From Nageia nagi (taxonomy: Eukaryota > Plantae > Pinophyta), in the NCBI GenBank assembly GCA_050084985.1, contig JBITNC010000001.1, forward strand, positions 197,284,001 to 197,348,000: a stretch of 64,000 nucleotides of DNA, in the 5' to 3' direction. Every line of letters starts with the position of its first letter. Positions within the stretch are counted from its first letter, which is position 1. The notes under the pieces are model-generated. The model did not search any database and was not told the DNA's origin. It saw only the letters and a list, made by a program, of their open reading frames with translations. Below are positions 52,834-64,000 of this stretch, piece by piece. A program made the position numbers and the translations under genes.

Positions 52834-54475
52834 TCAATCAACATCTTGATCACTAAGCTCATAACAAGCATTGCATGGATCATCATCATCACCATCACCA
52901 CCATCACTCCTCAATCAACATCTTGATCACTAAGTTCATAACGAGCACTATGTATATCATCACCATCACCATCACCATCACCACTCCTATCCTCAATAGT
53001 CTCATTCTTAGTAGTCTGATCCTCAACCTATACTGGCACTTATGAGTTTTGCATTTAAAAACTAAATAAATATTAGTAAATAAATAGATTTTAAAAATCT
53101 TAATTACATTATAAAATGAATTAAAAGCTCATAAAATATCATAATTACTTACTCCACCAATGTGATCAATCTTTTGACACCTTCTTTAAGTTCATAAGCC
53201 AATTCCTCTACTTTTGAAAGTCTTTCAAATATTTGGTACTATAAAAAATATATTTTTAATTAAATAATATTACCATTACTTAATTATTTCTTTTAAAATA
53301 TTAAATAATTTATAAATATACTCATAAATGTGACCTCAACTCCACATTTTCCTTGGCTACTAGTATGATGGGTACCACCAACTTATTTTGATCTAATAAA
53401 AGTGTGCAAATGTGAAGATTTTTCCCATAATGAAAGTTCATCTATGGACTTGCAATGCCCTTCATCATCATTTGTTTTTTTGATCATTTGTCTCCATAAT
53501 TTCTTTATGCACATTGGTGGTTCACCACTTAAATGATTTTCTAGTGGTTGCATTTTTTATGGATTGCCTCAACTGGTCCCTTTTCCAATTCAAATTATAA
53601 CTTTCCATTTGGAGTGCTTTTTTTGCACTCCACCCATAACCCCAATCTTTCTTGAGGTGATTTATCAATTGTTTTTTGGCTGCAAAATACAAAAAAATGA
53701 AATTAGTTTTTATTTTTTTATAAAATAAATTTTTAAATATCACTAAAAATGTTTTTATAAATTACTATTAATAATAATTAAAAAAAAAACCTTTTTTTAT
53801 CTTGTTTCTTCTATTCCATATCCAATGTCAAATCAAAATATAGGTATGCAACATCCTTGAGGCAATCATAAATTTTTTTCCTAAATAATATTTAAAAAAA
53901 TAGTAATTAATATATTGCAAATCTATATATAAAGGTATAATTTTTTAAAAATCAACTCTTACCAAATTCATCATGCATGACTTCACCATATCCGTTTACC
54001 CTTATTTTAATCCCCTTTGCTCCCTTTGATGTTGAAAATATAGAGGGTTCTTGATTAATTTACTTTACACTTTCAACAATCATGTCACCTTAACCAATTC
54101 AAAAATAAATAATTTAACTATAACAATATTACATCATTCATAAATTTAAAAATTAATTAATTATTAAAAAATATTACCATGTGGAGTGGTTGGAGGGTGT
54201 AGTATATTGCTTATGGTAATTGTAGATCTATAGGAAGTCCCAATACCCATTTCATGCTCTATTTCTTTAGAAGTAAATATTATCTTTGTAATTTTAAACA
54301 TTGTTTGTGCTAAGTCTCCCTAAAAAAAATTATTTACCTTATAAAATCAAAGCATTAATTAAAATTTATCAATATTACATTAATAAATATTAATACTTAC
54401 TAGCGCTTTCTTGTCCTCTATAAGATCATAAGGTAATTTGTCTTTATCATGTCTTTTCTTTCTCATCATGATATC
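52834..54475 (-). pseudogene. Spliced TnpA-like (Transposase_24 / Ptta-En/Spm-like) gene remnant
   Basis: Exon at about 53325-53680 reads WKRDQLRQSI...PPMCIKKLWRQMIK...RSK*VGGTHHTSSQGKCG; exons separated by short very AT-rich introns with minus-strand GTAAG donors (CTTAC near 53148, 53958, 54396); acidic C-terminus. Confidence 0.6.
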
Positions 54476-55279
54476 ACTAAATAAAAATAATAAAAAAATT
54501 AATATAATCAATATAAAACTTCATATCATAAATAAATAAATAAATTGAACTTCATGTCATAAATAAATAAAAAATTAAGCCTAATGTCATAAAAATTTAA
54601 GCCTAATATCATTATTTATTTTTTTAAATTAAACCTAATGTATTAACCCTAAATATTTTTTTCAAAGTCCTAACCCTAATTTTTTTTTATGATGAAATTG
54701 ATTTTCATACGCTTTGGACTTGGTAGTAGAACATCTCTAGTCAACACTAAGAAGGGACATCAAGTTCAAGGTAGTCTAGAAAACTCCATTGGATATGCTT
54801 TTGAGGAGGGATGAAGTGAAAGCTATTGGAATAATGTAAGGAATGGAATATTGTAATGCTTGTGTTGGATGTTGAGATGATATACATGTAACTTTCAATT
54901 TAGGATTTATTGATTTTTTTGGAAGAAAATAGTGGATAAGATTATTATTTTGGGTGGTGGTTATTATTGGTATAAAGATAGAAGAAGATTCATGTTGGTA
55001 AAATGATTTAGTATTTGGTACATAAATTTCTAATGTAGGTATTTGTATTCTAAAAATTAAATTTAAAATATAATTTCTTTTACATATGCATATTGGAAAT
55101 TTTGTAAGAGTTTTGATAGAATCTCTTCCTAGTTTGAGTACTGAGTTCTTGGTTATAGAAGGTGTAGAATTTTGCATGATCATTTAAATTTTTATTTCAT
55201 GGTTTTCAATGTTGTTACTATATGTATAATTTCTATATTTTATTTTTTTGGGTAGTTTTATAGGATATTTATACAAATT

Positions 55280-57780
55280 ATTAACCCTAAATGTTTCAAA
55301 CCTTTAACCCTTAAATTCTAATTGTAACCCTTAAAACCTAACCCCTAACCCCTAATTCAAACATAAACCCCTAACCCTTAAACCTTAACTATAACCCTTA
55401 TACCTTAACCCCTAAACCTTATCCCCAAACCCTATCACTAACCTTAATCCAAAACCTTAACCCCAATCTCAAATCTTTAACCCAAATACAAACCCTTAAC
55501 CCTTAAACCTAACCTTTAAGCTAAACCCCTAACCTTAATTATAATCCTTAAAACCTAACCCTTAACCCAAATAATTAAACCTTAAACCCTAACTATAACC
55601 CTTAACCCTTAAACCCTAACCTCTAAACCCTTAACCCTTAAAACCTAACCCTTAACCCAAATAATTAAACCTTAAACCCTAACTATAACCATTAACCCTT
55701 AAACCCTAACCCCTAAACCCTAATCCTAGAGCCAAACTTTAACCCCTTACCCTAACTCTTAACCCTTAAACCTTAATTATAACCCTTAAAATCTAATCCC
55801 TAAACCCTAACCCCTAACCTAAACCCTTAACCCTTAAACCCTAACTATAACTCTTAACTCCTAAATCCTAACTCCTAAAACCTAACCCTAATCCCAAATC
55901 ATAACCTTAAACCCTAACCTCTAATCTAAATATAAATCCTTAACCCTTAAACCCTAACCCTTAACCCAAACCCCTAACTTGTAAATTGTAACCATAAATC
56001 TAAACCCTAAACCCTAATGCTTACCCTTAACCCAAACTCTTATTATTTTAAAATTAAAATTATAAATTATAATATAGAAAATTTTAAAATTTATATTATT
56101 TTAAAATTAAAAATTTATATTATTTAAAAAATTATAACACCAAAATTTATAACCATAACCCCAAACCCTAACCTTTAAACTCCTAACCTCAAACCCTAAC
56201 ATGTAACCCTTAAACCCTAATCCCTAACTCTAACCCTTAACCCTTAAACCCTAACTATAACACTTAAATGTTAACCCCTAAATCCTAACCCAAACCTTAA
56301 CCCTAACCTTAATACCAAACCTTAATCTTAAGCCCTAAGCCTTAACCCAAATACAAACCCTTAACCCTTAAACCTTAACCCCTAACCCTAACCCTTGACC
56401 CTAATCCTTAACCCTAATTATAACCCTTAAAACCTAAGCCTTAAACCCTAACCCTTAAACCTTAAACCCTAATTATAATCATTAACCCTTAAACCCTAAC
56501 TTGTAACCCTAACTATAACCCTTAACCTCTAGACCCTAACCCCTAAACCCTAATCCTAAACACTTACCCCTAATCCAAACCCTTATTATTTATAAATTTA
56601 TATTATTTTAAAACCCTAACCCTAACCTTAAACCCTAACTTCAAACCCTAACCCTCAATCATAACCTTTAATCCTTAAACCCTAATTATAACCCTTAAAT
56701 CCTAACCCCTATACCCTAAACCCTAACCCCTAACCCCTAAATTATAACCATAACCCTAAATCCTAACCCCAAACCCTAACCCTTTACCTACACCACTAAC
56801 CCTTAACACTTATAAAATTAAAGTTTATAAAAATTATATTATTTTAAAATTAAAATTTATTAAATTATAATAAAATTTATATATTATTATAAAATTAAAA
56901 ATTTATATTATTTAAAAAATTACAACCCTAAAATTTATAACCATAACCTAAAAATTTTGTACCATAACCCTAACAATAAACATAACCCTAACCATAACCC
57001 TAAACTTTAACCCTTAAAACCTAATCCTAACCATAACTCCTAACCTTTAAACCCTAATTATAACCCTTAACCATTAAAACCTAACTCCTAAATCCTAACA
57101 TTTAACCTAAACCTAAACCCATAACAATTAAACCCTAACCCTTAATCCAGACCCCTAAACCCAAACCTAAACCCTTAACCCTAACCCTAATCTAAAGCCC
57201 TAAACCCAAACCCAAACCCTTAACCCTAACCCTAATCATAACCCTAACTATAACCTCTAAATTGTAATTATAACCTTAACCATAACCCTAAACCCTAACC
57301 CTAACTCTTAAACCCTTAAAACTAACCTTAATTCCTAACCCAAACCCTAACACTTTAACATTATTTTTAACCCTTAAAACCTAACCCCTAACCCAATCCT
57401 ATTACTCTTAAACCCTAACTATAACCCTTAATCAATAAAACCTAACCCTAATCCCAAACCATAACCTCAAATCCTAACCCTTAAATATTAATTATAACCC
57501 TTAAAACCTAACCCCTAACCTAAACCCTTACCTCTTAAACCCTAACTATAACTCTTAATCATTAAACCCTAACCCTTAAATCCTAACCCTAACCCCAAAC
57601 CCTAACCTCAAACCTCAAACCCTAATCCCTAACCCAAATACAAACCCCTAACCCTTAAACCCTAATCCATAATTGTAATCCTTAACCCAAACCCCTAACC
57701 CCTATATTGTAACCATAACTCTAACCCTAACCCCAAACCCTATCCCTTAACCCCTAACACTTACCCCTAAACCAAACCAT
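55280..57780. repeat. Degenerate telomere-like (CCCTAA/CCCTAAA/CCCTTAA) interstitial array
   Basis: Hundreds of AACCCT-type units interrupted by AT-only blocks at about 56040-56150, 56585-56610 and 56810-56940. Confidence 0.93.
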
Positions 57781-59199
57781 TATTGTTTTAAAATTTATAT
57801 TATTTAAACTTTATAAAATTAAAATTGTAATATATAAAATTTTAAAGTTTATATTAATTTAAAAATTATCATAACCATAAACTTAATTAAAATTTATTAA
57901 ATTATAATAAAATTTATATTTTATTTTACAATTTATATATTATTTTAAAATAGTAAAAACTATAAATACTATGAATGTGTTTCAAATCCTATATTCAAAA
58001 AGTAAACTTGTGCATAATATGGTAAAATTGGAGCAAAATTTCTTAGGCAACCTCAGGGCATCATTCAATTTTGGATAGCTTGAGCATCCATGTATGTTTC
58101 TATATTTCTATTTATTTTTCTATGTTTTTTAAGCAATAATTTTAGTGTTTTAGTAAAAGTTCCAAGTTTGTTTAGTTCAAACCCTAGGTTTTTTAGTAAA
58201 CTCTAATTTTTTACTAAAAACTCTAGATTTTCAATAAAAACTTGAGGTTATTTTCTAAAATATCCTATTTTGTACAAAACTCTAGGGTTTTATTTGGAAA
58301 AATCTCATTTTTTTAACTTACAAAAATTCAAGAAAATTTTATAGAAAATAGGTGATTTGAACTTACCTCCTCAAATCTTTGAAATTTTTGAAGAAATGAT
58401 GAGAAAAACACTTCTCTTGCAAACATTTGTAAAACAAATTGACAAATTAGATAAAAATTGATAAATCATGTACAAATGTTCAAAACATTTAGTAAAAAAT
58501 ACTTATTGGTAGTGTAAACCCTTCTCCCGAGAAAATACACCTCAAGTTTGAAAAAAAATGACTAGAATGAAGGTGATAGGTTTGTCTTTTTTAAATTTAG
58601 TTAGGGTTAGTTTGATTTGTTACAATTTTTGAAGCACTTTGCATGAGATCTACATCAAGAGTTGTATCGATCCCTTAGTTGATTTCTTGACACCTGCCTC
58701 TTATGGCATTAAGGTGTGCATCAATAGCTACATCAAGAATAATAAATAACTTAAAAAAATTATAATACCAATTTTTAATAATTCAAAAATTATAAATACA
58801 AGTATTAAAAAGTTATAAATGTTAATAATTAAAAAATTACTAATCAAAAATTAAAAAAATTATAAATATTAAAATATTATAAATATTATAATTAAAAAAA
58901 TACTAAATAAATATATTATTTTGAACAATATAAATTTTTTTATTATTGTATATTGATAAAAAATATAATATTAAGCTCACGTAAAATGCGAGTAGGTTAC
59001 AAAAATTGTGTAAATTCATGCGAAGTTTAGACATAGTGCATCATAGTTTCATACAAAATGCAGCCCAATGATCAAGTAAATGTAATGAATAAGGCTCAAA
59101 TAAGGCCAAAGCCAAAACCTCCCAAATAATGGTAGAGTATTCTTCTACAAGAGAAACCCTTCATTAAAGAAGCAATCAATGTGATTTTGGAGCCAAACT

Positions 59200-60430
59200 T
59201 CACCCAAGATATGGTAAGAATTATAATCCCTAAAAGTATCATAAATTTATAAGAAGATGGATTGAAAAATGCCCTTTTTGGATGATTTTTTGGGGTTCAA
59301 TCTCCTCTTGAACTTATCTAAAGTTGGATGAAAGAAATATGGAGCACCAAAGGCCTTGTCTCCCTCATTGCACTCCCTAAAGAATGTCTAATTTTCAAAT
59401 TCCAATTCAATGAAGACTTATAAAAAGTAGTTAAACTGGGGACTTGGTTTTTAAGGAAGAAAGGTTTGGTCATCAAAAAGTGGGAAAAGAGCTTCTCTTC
59501 TAAAATAAAAAAAAATTCAATCTAATCCCTACTTGAGTCTCATTACTTGGCCTCCATCCATCATGTTAGCATCTGAGTGTGATCTTAGGAGTTGCTAAGG
59601 TAATAGTTACATTAGTCACAATTGAAAGAATGACTCAAATAAAACTAAAACTTATTGATTCAATATTTGTAGTCAATTTAGATATCAAAAAACTATTGAT
59701 GAAGGAAATTAAATTTTAAATAAGAGGATGGAAGAGAATAGATTCAACCAATTGTATATGAAAATTTGCCAATTCAGTATGGGATCTGTAAAAGTTATGA
59801 TCATTACAACAAATATTATCCAAAGAAGAAAATAAATGGGGAAGAAAGAAGGGCCAAATAAAGACATGGGAATATAACTCAAAGGAGGGAAGGTTAGAAA
59901 TAATGGAAGATAGTTCCTAAACAAAAAGCATAGAAAAATTAGAAGAATTTTAGTAAACTGATAACAAAAACCTTGATAAAGTCACCTAGTAAAGGAAAAT
60001 AGAATAGTAATAAAGAAAATCATCTAAGAACTAATAAAAACCCATACAAAGTATTAGAAATATTGGAAGTAGTGATAGGGAAAATATCAATTATCAATCA
60101 AACTTTTCAGAGAATGAAAGCACATATATGGAAGTAGTAGAGGTGATAGAAGGTGAAGAGGGAGAGGAAATAAGAAGGATTATGAAATGTGTAAGAAATG
60201 AAAATAATCAAGAAATAACTACAATAACTCAAAAATAGGCCTTCAAATAAGATAGAGAAGGTATCCCATCCAAAACTATCCTAAATACAAAAAATACCAA
60301 ATGTCAAGCAACCCCATGTAGGAAGATAATCTTGAAGAGAACAAAGAAACAAACTCACTAAACAAGATATTGCTAATGGTAAGCAACACACTCTAGGGTA
60401 GAGTGTAGGCCAAGGGGCCTCTAGATTGCC
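59200..60430 (+). pseudogene. LINE ORF1 (DUF4283-like plus zinc knuckle remnant)
   Basis: SWMKEIW...LIFKFQFNEDL*KV..LGTWF....LVIKKW; GICKSYDH knuckle remnant near 59780. Confidence 0.75.
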
Positions 60431-60433
60431 TAA

Positions 60434-63400
60434 ATGAAGATTTTATCCTAAAATATAAGGGGTTGCAATGCCTCAAGAAGATAGAGATACTTTAGAGATC
60501 TTTGGCATGAAAAAAGCCTAATATGGTACTCATACATGAATCTAAAGTTAAATAAGGTTGTATAATAGAAACTAAATGAAGAATTTGTAAGGAAGTGAAT
60601 TTATAATGGTGCATCAGGTGGATTTATGACTCTTTAGGACCCATTCATAATACAACCATGAAGAATTCAATCGTAGAATTGCTCCAATAGGTATATCCAC
60701 ACATCTATTTCTAATATTAAGCATAATTTTAAATTTATTAATAATAATTTTTATGCTCCTAATGATTCAATCAAAAAAATAAGAGTGTTTGAAATCCTAT
60801 TTGAGGATAAAATCTCCTTCCCATATACTCCATGGATCATTATGGGAGATTTTAATACCATTCTCCATCCTCATGAGAAATCAAGGGGAGGTAAGGAAAA
60901 AAAAGTGATATGGCAGATCTAAAAAAAATATTAAATTCATTTAGACTTAACTAGAGTAGAATTCACCTAGAATAATATGGGGATAGAAGAAGACTTCATT
61001 CAATCTAAATTAAATAGAGTTGCATGCTCCCCTTATGGGATTGAAAAATTCCTAGACTAATCCCTTATGGCCCAAACCAAGATCTCCTCTGATCACCTCC
61101 CCCTCCTTCTACAAGCTTCCCCTTATAATAAAAAAAGTATTCTTCTTTGTTTGAATCTATTTGGCTCATGCACCCACAACTTGAGGATAATATTGAAGAA
61201 TGGTGGAATATGAAGGTCAATGGAACCAAAATATTCTAGGTTTACAAAAATTGATTCTATTGAAGAAAAAATAAAGAAAAAGAGCATATATTATTCAAAC
61301 ATATTAAAATAGAGAAAGAGGAAATAAAAAATGAGCTAGATGAATTAGAAATCATACTTCAAAGAGAAGGTAAGTCCCAAAAATTGTAACACAAGAAGAT
61401 AACTTGTAAAGTCAATACCAAACTATACTACAAAAAGAAGAGATTTTTTGGAGGAAAAAATTTAGAATTACTTATATTAAAGAAGGTGATCAAAATACTA
61501 AATTATTCAAGCTTTTAGCTTTGAGAAGGAGGGCCTTCAATAAGATCAATTATTTAGAAAGAGATGATAAAAGCATAACAAAAGATGATAAAGAAATGAA
61601 AGAACTTGCAGTCTTTTATAAAAACATGCTCACAAAAGATATGGAACAAGATTGTAACACAACCAAAGAGCTATTAAAAACATCCCAATTTTGGTCAATG
61701 AAGAAGATAATTCAAAGCTCATAGCCTCGCTCTCTAAGAAGAAGATTACTTCCACTATCTTTATGAAAGAAAAAGATAATGCTCGAGGCCCCAATGGATT
61801 TTATACCTATTTTTTTCAATAATTATGGAATATTGTAGGAAATGATGTCATCAAAGTAGTCTAGGAATTTCAAAAATACAACACCTTGCTAGAATGTTGG
61901 AATACTACCTTACTAACATTAATTGATAAGGTACAAGATGAGAAAAACCTCAAAAATTTCATACCAATTGGACTATGTATTACAAACTATAAAATCATCA
62001 CAAAGCTAATGGCCAACAAAATGGTAGAGATTCTCCCTAAAATCATCTCGATTGAATAAGATGGATTTGTAAGAGATAGATGAATAATAGATGTTATTAT
62101 TTTAATGCATGAGGTAGTGCATTCTACAAAATCATCTAAGGAGGAAGAAATGATTATTTAAATTGATATGCAAAAGGATTATGATCAAGTTTCATGGAGG
62201 GTCTTAGATCATGTGCTATAAAGGTTTGACTTTATGGATCAATAGAGAACATGGGTTAATCTATGTATACCATCAACTACATTTTCAATTCTCATAAATG
62301 AGGAAGCAACTAGATTATTAAACTCCTCCAAAGGTCTTAGAAAAGGGGAACCCTTATCTCCCTATATATTCATCATAATGGTAGAAGCATTAGGGATAAA
62401 TTTGAGAAAGATAAATCAGTGATAAGATATTAGAGGGATTAGGCTTGCAAACAAGTTTCCCCCAATCACTCATCATCAATTTGTTGATGATACCATCCTA
62501 TTAGGAAAATAAATTATTGAAAAAGTAATTATTATGAAGAGCATTTTAGATAAATATGAAAATTCCATAGATCAAAAAATTAACTATGAAAAAACTAACA
62601 TATACTTTTCCAACACCCCCAATGGAGAAAACATGAAATTACATAAATTTTTTAGTGCCAAATTGGAACCCTCCCAACCATTTATTTAGGAATGCCTCTC
62701 TTTGAAGGTAAAGTGAAAAGGATATTTTGGAACAAATATTTACATAGATTTGATAAGAAAATGGCTGGGTGTAAAGTGCTCTTTTGAGCATGGTTGAAAA
62801 AATACAACATGCTAATGCCTTACTTCAGAGAATTATAGTATATATAGCTAGTGTATTCAAAATTATAGCCATTATTATGGAAAAAGTTGATCAAATTTGT
62901 AAAAGATTCATATGGACTAACATGAAAGATAAAAAAGGATGTCACTAGTTTCTTCAAATAAATTTTACAGGAAAATATTTGTAGGATATCACTAATCGCT
63001 TCAAAGGCATTGCAACTAAAACTTTCCCAAAAACTCTATTAGAACCTAGAAAAGGATTGAATCATAATCTATAACAATAAATAATTGGAGGGAACTAATT
63101 GTCTACTCATTCTTAGAAACCACCCAAAAGGTTCCACCTTCTAGAAAGTGTTGTTAGAGGTTAGAGAAATCATAGAAGCTAATGCAATCTAGGAAGTTAA
63201 CAATGACCAAACCATCATGTTTTGGGATGAGAAATGGTTAGGTACTACAACTTTAGCTGATGAATAATAATGGATCCATATAATGATATGGGGAATAAAA
63301 TAGATTTGATCTTAAAGTAGCTAATTACCTTTATCACCAAGATAATGAAGTTTATTGGGCCCTCCCTCCTACCAATAATGAACATCTTGCCCATACAAAA

Positions 63401-63950
63401 GCAAAACTCTTACATAAATTGGATAGAATTAGGATATACCCTACTCAAAAACTAGATTACCTTCACTAGATGAATGAAAAAGGAAATAAAATGGAATAAT
63501 CCATCAAAATAGGTTACCATTATCTAAATGGGAACCCAAAAGATCTTCGTAAAAAACATTGGATGAGTGTCTATATTAAGGGACTAATCCTTGAGATAAC
63601 TTGTTTCCTTTCTATTATAGTGTTAAATAGAATTCATACTAATTACATAATGAAAAGGAAAGGATTGATATTTTCTAGTAGATGCACCTTATGCATGAAA
63701 TATGAAGAGACATTTTCCCACCTATTCCTCCATTACAAGTATGCTGTTGAACTTTAGAAGTGAACATGTATATTAGAATGGGAAAGTAATAAGTTAAAAA
63801 TAATTTGGGAAATGGTCCCCCCATGTATGTTGAATATTATGGAAAGAAAGGAACACCATTTTGTTTAAATAACATAGGTAAAATGTAGTCAAAGCCTAGA
63901 AATAATGCTTTAGACTATTGATTAAGAATATTGATCATTGTATACAGTTG
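60434..63950 (+). pseudogene. LINE ORF2 (APE endonuclease, RT, zf-RVT)
   Basis: MKILS*NIRG, GASGG, WIIMGDFN, SDHLP; GPNGF, DMQKDYDQVSW, GLRKGEPLSPYIF, QFVDDT, YLGMPL; CTLC...ETFSHLFLH. Confidence 0.93.
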
Positions 63951-64000
63951 GAATCCACTAAAGAGACTAATTCATTTGAAATAAGTTTTCAAATCCAATT

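Larger units (their letters stand above)
52069..59000 (-). mobile_element. CACTA (En/Spm) derivative; only one terminus seen, right boundary approximate
   Basis: CACTACAACA at 52069, then many GCATC/GATGC subterminal-type motifs to 52560, and TnpA-like exons inside. Confidence 0.62.
59200..64000 (+). mobile_element. L1-clade LINE, near full length, heavily decayed
   Basis: ORF1 and ORF2 remnants in L1 order; ends not resolved. Confidence 0.92.

Noticed and set aside
52878-52984. His-rich protein from CAT/CAC repeats on the plus strand
   Set aside because: No ORF; better explained as Asp/Gly codons on the minus strand
54776-55183. 135-aa ORF as a gene
   Set aside because: Composition simply reflects AT-rich DNA; no motif
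55280-57780. True telomere
   Set aside because: Highly degenerate, interrupted, and flanked by complex sequence on both sides
59034-59038. TAGTG as the right CACTA terminus (also 52210 and 58510)
   Set aside because: No extended inverted match to CACTACAACA and no GGC target duplication

Overview
AT-rich, CpG-depleted plant nuclear DNA made almost entirely of old, decayed transposons; I found no intact host gene or RNA gene. A large genome with slow DNA removal (gymnosperm-like) is my inference only. In order: (A) a Ty1/copia element at 778-6455; (B) a Ty3/gypsy-derived element encoding only Gag and protease at 7187-12714; a four-level nest at 14316-36603 in which gag-PR element C contains gag-PR element D, whose 3' LTR contains Tat/Ogre element E, which carries solo LTRs F and G; (H) a fourth gag-PR element inside a local duplication with one copy collapsed to a solo LTR (39110-45669); a two-tier satellite (49150-50963); a CACTA derivative with a spliced TnpA-like pseudogene and a 2.5 kb degenerate telomere-like array (52069 to about 59000); and a decayed L1 LINE (about 59200-64000). 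The most unusual signal is that all four gag-PR elements lack RT/RNaseH/integrase and carry other sequence between protease and the PPT, ending in a shared L(E/G)xKQ(F/Y) tail. In B and D this is an in-frame 30-bp/10-aa repeat array whose core also recurs in the LTR; in C it is about 420 almost stop-free codons of unknown protein. All divergence values are rough hand counts.
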